DNA of 64,000 nt. Origin: an uncultured Trueperaceae bacterium (GTDB lineage: Bacteria; Deinococcota; Deinococci; Deinococcales; Trueperaceae). Each line of letters starts with the position of its first letter. Position 1 is the first letter of the stretch. The translations under genes were made by a program, and so were the position numbers. Under the pieces are notes generated by a model. The model did no database searches. It was not told where the DNA came from and was given only the letters and a program-made list of their open reading frames with translations. Positions 60,906 through 64,000 of the stretch are shown here, in pieces. The DNA lies in assembly GCA_963815215.1 (NCBI GenBank), contig CAWFFU010000003.1:320001-384000 (forward strand). Reading direction: 5' to 3'.

Positions 60906-60982
60906 TGGTAGCGATGCGGGGACTCGAACCCCGGACCTCACGATTATGAGTCGTGCGCTCTAACCAGCTGAGCTACATCGCC
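60906..60982 (-). tRNA. tRNA-CAT, probably elongator Met (Ile2 not excluded)
   Basis: Reverse complement GGCGATGTAGCTCAGCTGGTTAGAGCGCACGACTCATAATCGTGAGGTCCGGGGTTCGAGTCCCCGCATCGCTACCA. Lacks the initiator C1 mismatch and the three G-C anticodon pairs. Confidence 0.93.
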
Positions 60983-61015
60983 GCGATGCCCGCGACCCCA
61001 CGGGCCCGAGGGAGA

Positions 61016-61044
61016 AGTATAGCGAACGTGTCCGCCGCCGACAA
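61016..61044 (-). promoter_or_regulatory. Sigma70-type promoter of tRNA-Met
   Basis: Minus strand TTGTCG-N17-TATACT. Confidence 0.7.
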
Positions 61045-61082
61045 GGCGCGGGAGGGAGCGCGGGCGCGCGTCCGAGATCCCG

Positions 61083-61985
61083 TCACGGCGCGTCCGGCCG
61101 CGCGACCCGAATCCGCAATCCGATGCCATCGGGATCGGTGAGGTCCAAGACGCGTTCGCCGGCCGGCACGGTGAGGTCGTGGCCCGCCGCGGCCAGTCGC
61201 CGCCCGGCCGCCGTGAGCGCGGCCTCGTCGGGCACCACCACCTCGAAACGGCGGAGTCCGGTGGAGGGGTCCGGCTCCGGGTCGGACCGGCGCACGCCCC
61301 AGGTGTTGAGGCCGAGGTGGTGGTGGTAGCCGCCTGCTGCCAGGAAGCAGGCGCCCGGGAAGGTGTCGTTGGTCCGGCGGAATCCCAGGACGTCGCCGTA
61401 GAACGCCGCGGAGCGCGCCAGATCGCCGACCTGCAGGTGGACGTGGCCGACGGTCGTGCCGTCCGGCGCGCCGTCCCAGGTCTGCGCTGCGGCGGCAGCG
61501 AGGTCGCGTGCGTCGAGCGGCTCGGTGGTCATGGCGATGCGTCCCTGGCGCATCTGCCATGCGTCGCGCGGTCTGTCCCGGTAGACCTCGACGCCGTTCC
61601 CTTCGGGGTCGGCCAGGTAGATGGCCTCGCTCACGGCGTGATCGGCCGCTCCCTGCAGGGTGACGCCCGTCTCGACCGCGTGGAGCATCCACGCCCCCAG
61701 GGCGGGACGGTCGGGAACGAGCAGGGCCAGGTGGTAGAGCCCGGGAGCGCCCGGCGCCGCACGGCTCCCGGCGGCCTGGTCGAGCCGTACCAGCGTGCTG
61801 CTGGTCGTACCCAGCTCCGACCAGCCTGGCCCGCGGCGCCGGGACTCGAGGCCGAGGGCGTTCCGGTAGAACTCGTCGACGGCGTCGAGATCGGCCACGG
61901 CCAGCGTCACCGCGCCCAGGGCCGTGGCGGCCGGGAGGTCCGTCATGGCGGTACCGTCTTCGACGGTGGTGTCATCCTGGCGCAT
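61083..61985 (-). CDS. VOC-family protein (CatE-like catechol 2,3-dioxygenase)
   Basis: GLYHLALLVP, DHAVSEAIYLADPEGNGVEVYRDRP, GHVHLQV, GGYHHHLGLNTW. Confidence 0.88.
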   Translation of the reverse strand: MRQDDTTVEDGTAMTDLPAATALGAVTLAVADLDAVDEFYRNALGLESRRRGPGWSELGTTSSTLVRLDQAAGSRAAPGAPGLYHLALLVPDRPALGAWMLHAVETGVTLQGAADHAVSEAIYLADPEGNGVEVYRDRPRDAWQMRQGRIAMTTEPLDARDLAAAAAQTWDGAPDGTTVGHVHLQVGDLARSAAFYGDVLGFRRTNDTFPGACFLAAGGYHHHLGLNTWGVRRSDPEPDPSTGLRRFEVVVPDEAALTAAGRRLAAAGHDLTVPAGERVLDLTDPDGIGLRIRVARPDAP

Positions 61986-62191
61986 GCTGCCCCTCCTCGG
62001 ACGTCGAGCGGCGCGCCTCGGGTGCGCGGCCGGTTGCGTTGCGGGCCCGTCCAGACTGAAGCCTACGGGCGGGGGACCGGTTGCCAGGCAAGCTGAGCGA
62101 CGCCGGTCACGGGCGCGCGCGTGGCGGCCCGGGGCCGCGGAGTGGCGTGTTCGACGTTGATGGATGACGGACGACTGCTAGAGTGTGGCCC

Positions 62192-62692
62192 ATGCTCGAG
62201 CCCTCCCTCGACCTCTACGGCGAGACGTACGAGAAGGTCGATGCCATCCTCGCGGAGCTGCTGACCAGGAGCCATGCCCGCTACGCGATGATCATCGATC
62301 GCAAGGGCTTCGTGCTGATGCACCGGCGCGCCTTGTGGGCGCCCAAGCCTCCATCGCTCGACTCGTTGGCGACGCTGATCGCGTCGAACTACTCGGCCAA
62401 CACCGCGATCGCCAACCTGTTCGGCGAGAGCGCGTTCAAGGAGACGGTGCAGCAGGGGGCGGAGGTCGGCACCTACCTAGAGGAGCTCGGTGACAAGGCC
62501 CTGCTGGTGGCGGTGTTCGACTCGTCGGCGGCGTTGGGCCGCGTCAAGCTCTTCACCAAGAAATCGGTCGAGGAGATCCGTGTGGTTCTCCGCGACTCCA
62601 AGGACGAGGCTCCCAAGGTCGAGTTCGACCAGGAGTGGTCGAGCTCTACCGAGGCCCTGCTAGACGGGCTGTTCGGATCGGGCAAGCCATGA
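62192..62692 (+). CDS. mglB: MglB roadblock/LC7 GTPase-activating protein
   Basis: [41 protein letters not shown]; directly upstream of mglA. Confidence 0.88.
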   Translation: MLEPSLDLYGETYEKVDAILAELLTRSHARYAMIIDRKGFVLMHRRALWAPKPPSLDSLATLIASNYSANTAIANLFGESAFKETVQQGAEVGTYLEELGDKALLVAVFDSSAALGRVKLFTKKSVEEIRVVLRDSKDEAPKVEFDQEWSSSTEALLDGLFGSGKP

Positions 62693-63279
62693 GCACCATC
62701 AACTTCTCGGCACGCGAGATCAACTTCAAGATCGTCTACTACGGCCCCGGTCTGTCGGGCAAGACCACCAACCTGAAGCAGATCTACGAGCAGGTGCCCT
62801 CGGAGTCGAAGGGCGAGATGGTGTCGCTGGCCACCGAAGATGAACGCACCCTCTTCTTCGATTTCCTGCCGCTCGACCTGGGCAAGGTCAACGGCTTCAG
62901 GACGCGCTTCCACCTCTACACCGTGCCGGGCCAGGTGTTCTACAACTCCTCGCGCAAGCTGATCCTGCGTGGCGTCGACGGCATCGTGTTCGTCGCGGAC
63001 TCCGCGCCCAACCGGCTGCGCGCCAACGCCGAGAGCCTGCGCAACCTGCGCGAGAACCTGCAGGAGTACAACCTGCGGCTCGCCGAGATCCCGCACGTCA
63101 TCCAGATCAACAAGCGGGACCTGCCCGACGCCCTTCCCTCCGACATGATCCAGCAGGTGCTGGACCCGGGGAAGCAGGTGGAGGCCTTCGAGGCGGTGGC
63201 CTCGGAGTTCCAGGGCGTGTTCGAGCCGCTTCGCGCGGTGTCGAAGCTGGTCCTGGAGAAGCTCGCCCAGAAGACCTGA
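62689..63279 (+). CDS. mglA: MglA small Ras-like GTPase
   Basis: [52 protein letters not shown]. Confidence 0.95.
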   Translation: MSTINFSAREINFKIVYYGPGLSGKTTNLKQIYEQVPSESKGEMVSLATEDERTLFFDFLPLDLGKVNGFRTRFHLYTVPGQVFYNSSRKLILRGVDGIVFVADSAPNRLRANAESLRNLRENLQEYNLRLAEIPHVIQINKRDLPDALPSDMIQQVLDPGKQVEAFEAVASEFQGVFEPLRAVSKLVLEKLAQKT

Positions 63280-63370
63280 AGCTCCGCCGGCCGGCTCGGC
63301 CGGAAACGTGTCGTGAACCCCGCCGGAAGCGGGATTCGGCGGACTGAACGCTGTGCTATCGTCGGGTCGA

Positions 63371-64000
63371 ATGAAGCGGACCCCCCTCTACGACACGCAT
63401 GTCGCCCTCGGAGCCCGGATGGTGGAGTTCGCCGGGTGGAGCATGCCGGTGCATTACCCGACCGGAATCCACCAGGAGCACATCGCCGTCCGCTCGGACG
63501 TGGGCCTGTTCGACGTCAGTCACATGGGCGAGATCCGAGTGCTCGGTGACGACGCCACCGCCTTCCTCCAGTTCGCGACACTGAACGACCCCGGTCGCCT
63601 GAAGCTCGGACGCGGTCAGTACACCATGCTGCCCAACGACCGCGGCGGCCTCATCGACGACCTCTACCTCTACCGTGACAAGGAGCAGGAGTACCTCGTC
63701 GTCGCCAACGCCTCCAACGTCGAGGTGGTGCTCGCGCACCTCCACGAGGTCGCCCGCGACTACGACGTCCATGTCGTCGACGAGTCGCCGACCTGGTCGC
63801 TGCTGGCGCTGCAGGGCCCGGGCAGCGCGCTGTTGCTCGGGAACGTCGTCGACGTGGACCTCACCGAGTTGCGCAAGAACGCCACGGTGCTCGCCAGCAT
63901 CTCCGGGTGCCCGGTGCGCCTCAGCCGCACCGGCTACACCGGGGAGGACGGCTTCGAGCTGTTCTGTCACCCCACCGACGCCTCCATCGTGTGGGACGTT
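63371..64000 (+). CDS. gcvT: Glycine cleavage system aminomethyltransferase T (runs off window end)
   Basis: Own translation: MKRTPLYDTHVALGARMVEFAGWSMPVHY..EHIAVRSDVGLFDVSHMGE..GGLIDDL..NASN..ALQGP..SRTGYTGEDGFEL. Confidence 0.95.
   Translation, partial: MKRTPLYDTHVALGARMVEFAGWSMPVHYPTGIHQEHIAVRSDVGLFDVSHMGEIRVLGDDATAFLQFATLNDPGRLKLGRGQYTMLPNDRGGLIDDLYLYRDKEQEYLVVANASNVEVVLAHLHEVARDYDVHVVDESPTWSLLALQGPGSALLLGNVVDVDLTELRKNATVLASISGCPVRLSRTGYTGEDGFELFCHPTDASIVWDV

Noticed and set aside
63280..63370. Glycine riboswitch upstream of gcvT
   Set aside because: Only 90 nt, no GGAGA/CCGAAG/CUCUCAGG elements, and the gene appears leaderless.
1..64000. CRISPR array, cas genes, rRNA, intact transposase or prophage
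   Set aside because: No regularly spaced 23-50 bp repeats or diagnostic motifs found by eye. Short repeats at ~37441 and ~46620 are in-frame low-complexity linkers.

Overview
High-GC bacterial chromosome segment, most likely Deinococcota (Trueperaceae-like). The lineage call rests on the insertion in DnaE, the Deinococcus/Thermus-type tyrosine recombinase, MglAB, and many leaderless TAnnnT-N5-8-ATG promoters. The backbone is core genes: hisS-aspS-HAD-asnS, birA, smc, dnaJ-hspR, yebC, dnaE, pilT-family ATPase, two cyclophilins, thrS, cysS, dprA, glpK-glpD, mglBA, gcvT and four tRNAs (Val-GAC, Cys-GCA, Leu-TAA, Met-CAT). Two accessory-looking tracts interrupt it. The first (~5.7-20.9 kb) holds mgtE, a P3A-type proton ATPase, a tyrosine recombinase, CHRD, DoxX, a sugar porter, tkt, a HAD hydrolase, a PRC-barrel gene and gnd. 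The second is a ~2.2 kb patch of gene debris between convergent tRNA-Leu and tRNA-Met. Four observations stand out. (1) A 28-bp near-perfect 11-6-11 dif-like palindrome (AAACCTGATAA-CTCGTC-TTATCAGGGTT) sits 71 bp upstream of a lone Xer-like recombinase, a candidate single-recombinase dimer-resolution module. (2) An intact AdoMetDC/SpeD homolog lacks both the pyruvoyl-forming Ser and the catalytic Cys. (3) Leaderless short uORFs containing the cognate amino acid precede cysS and thrS. (4) An 11-bp phased direct-repeat array lies at the pilT promoter. No CRISPR array, rRNA, intact transposase or prophage was seen. All family calls come from motif recognition by eye, not database searches.
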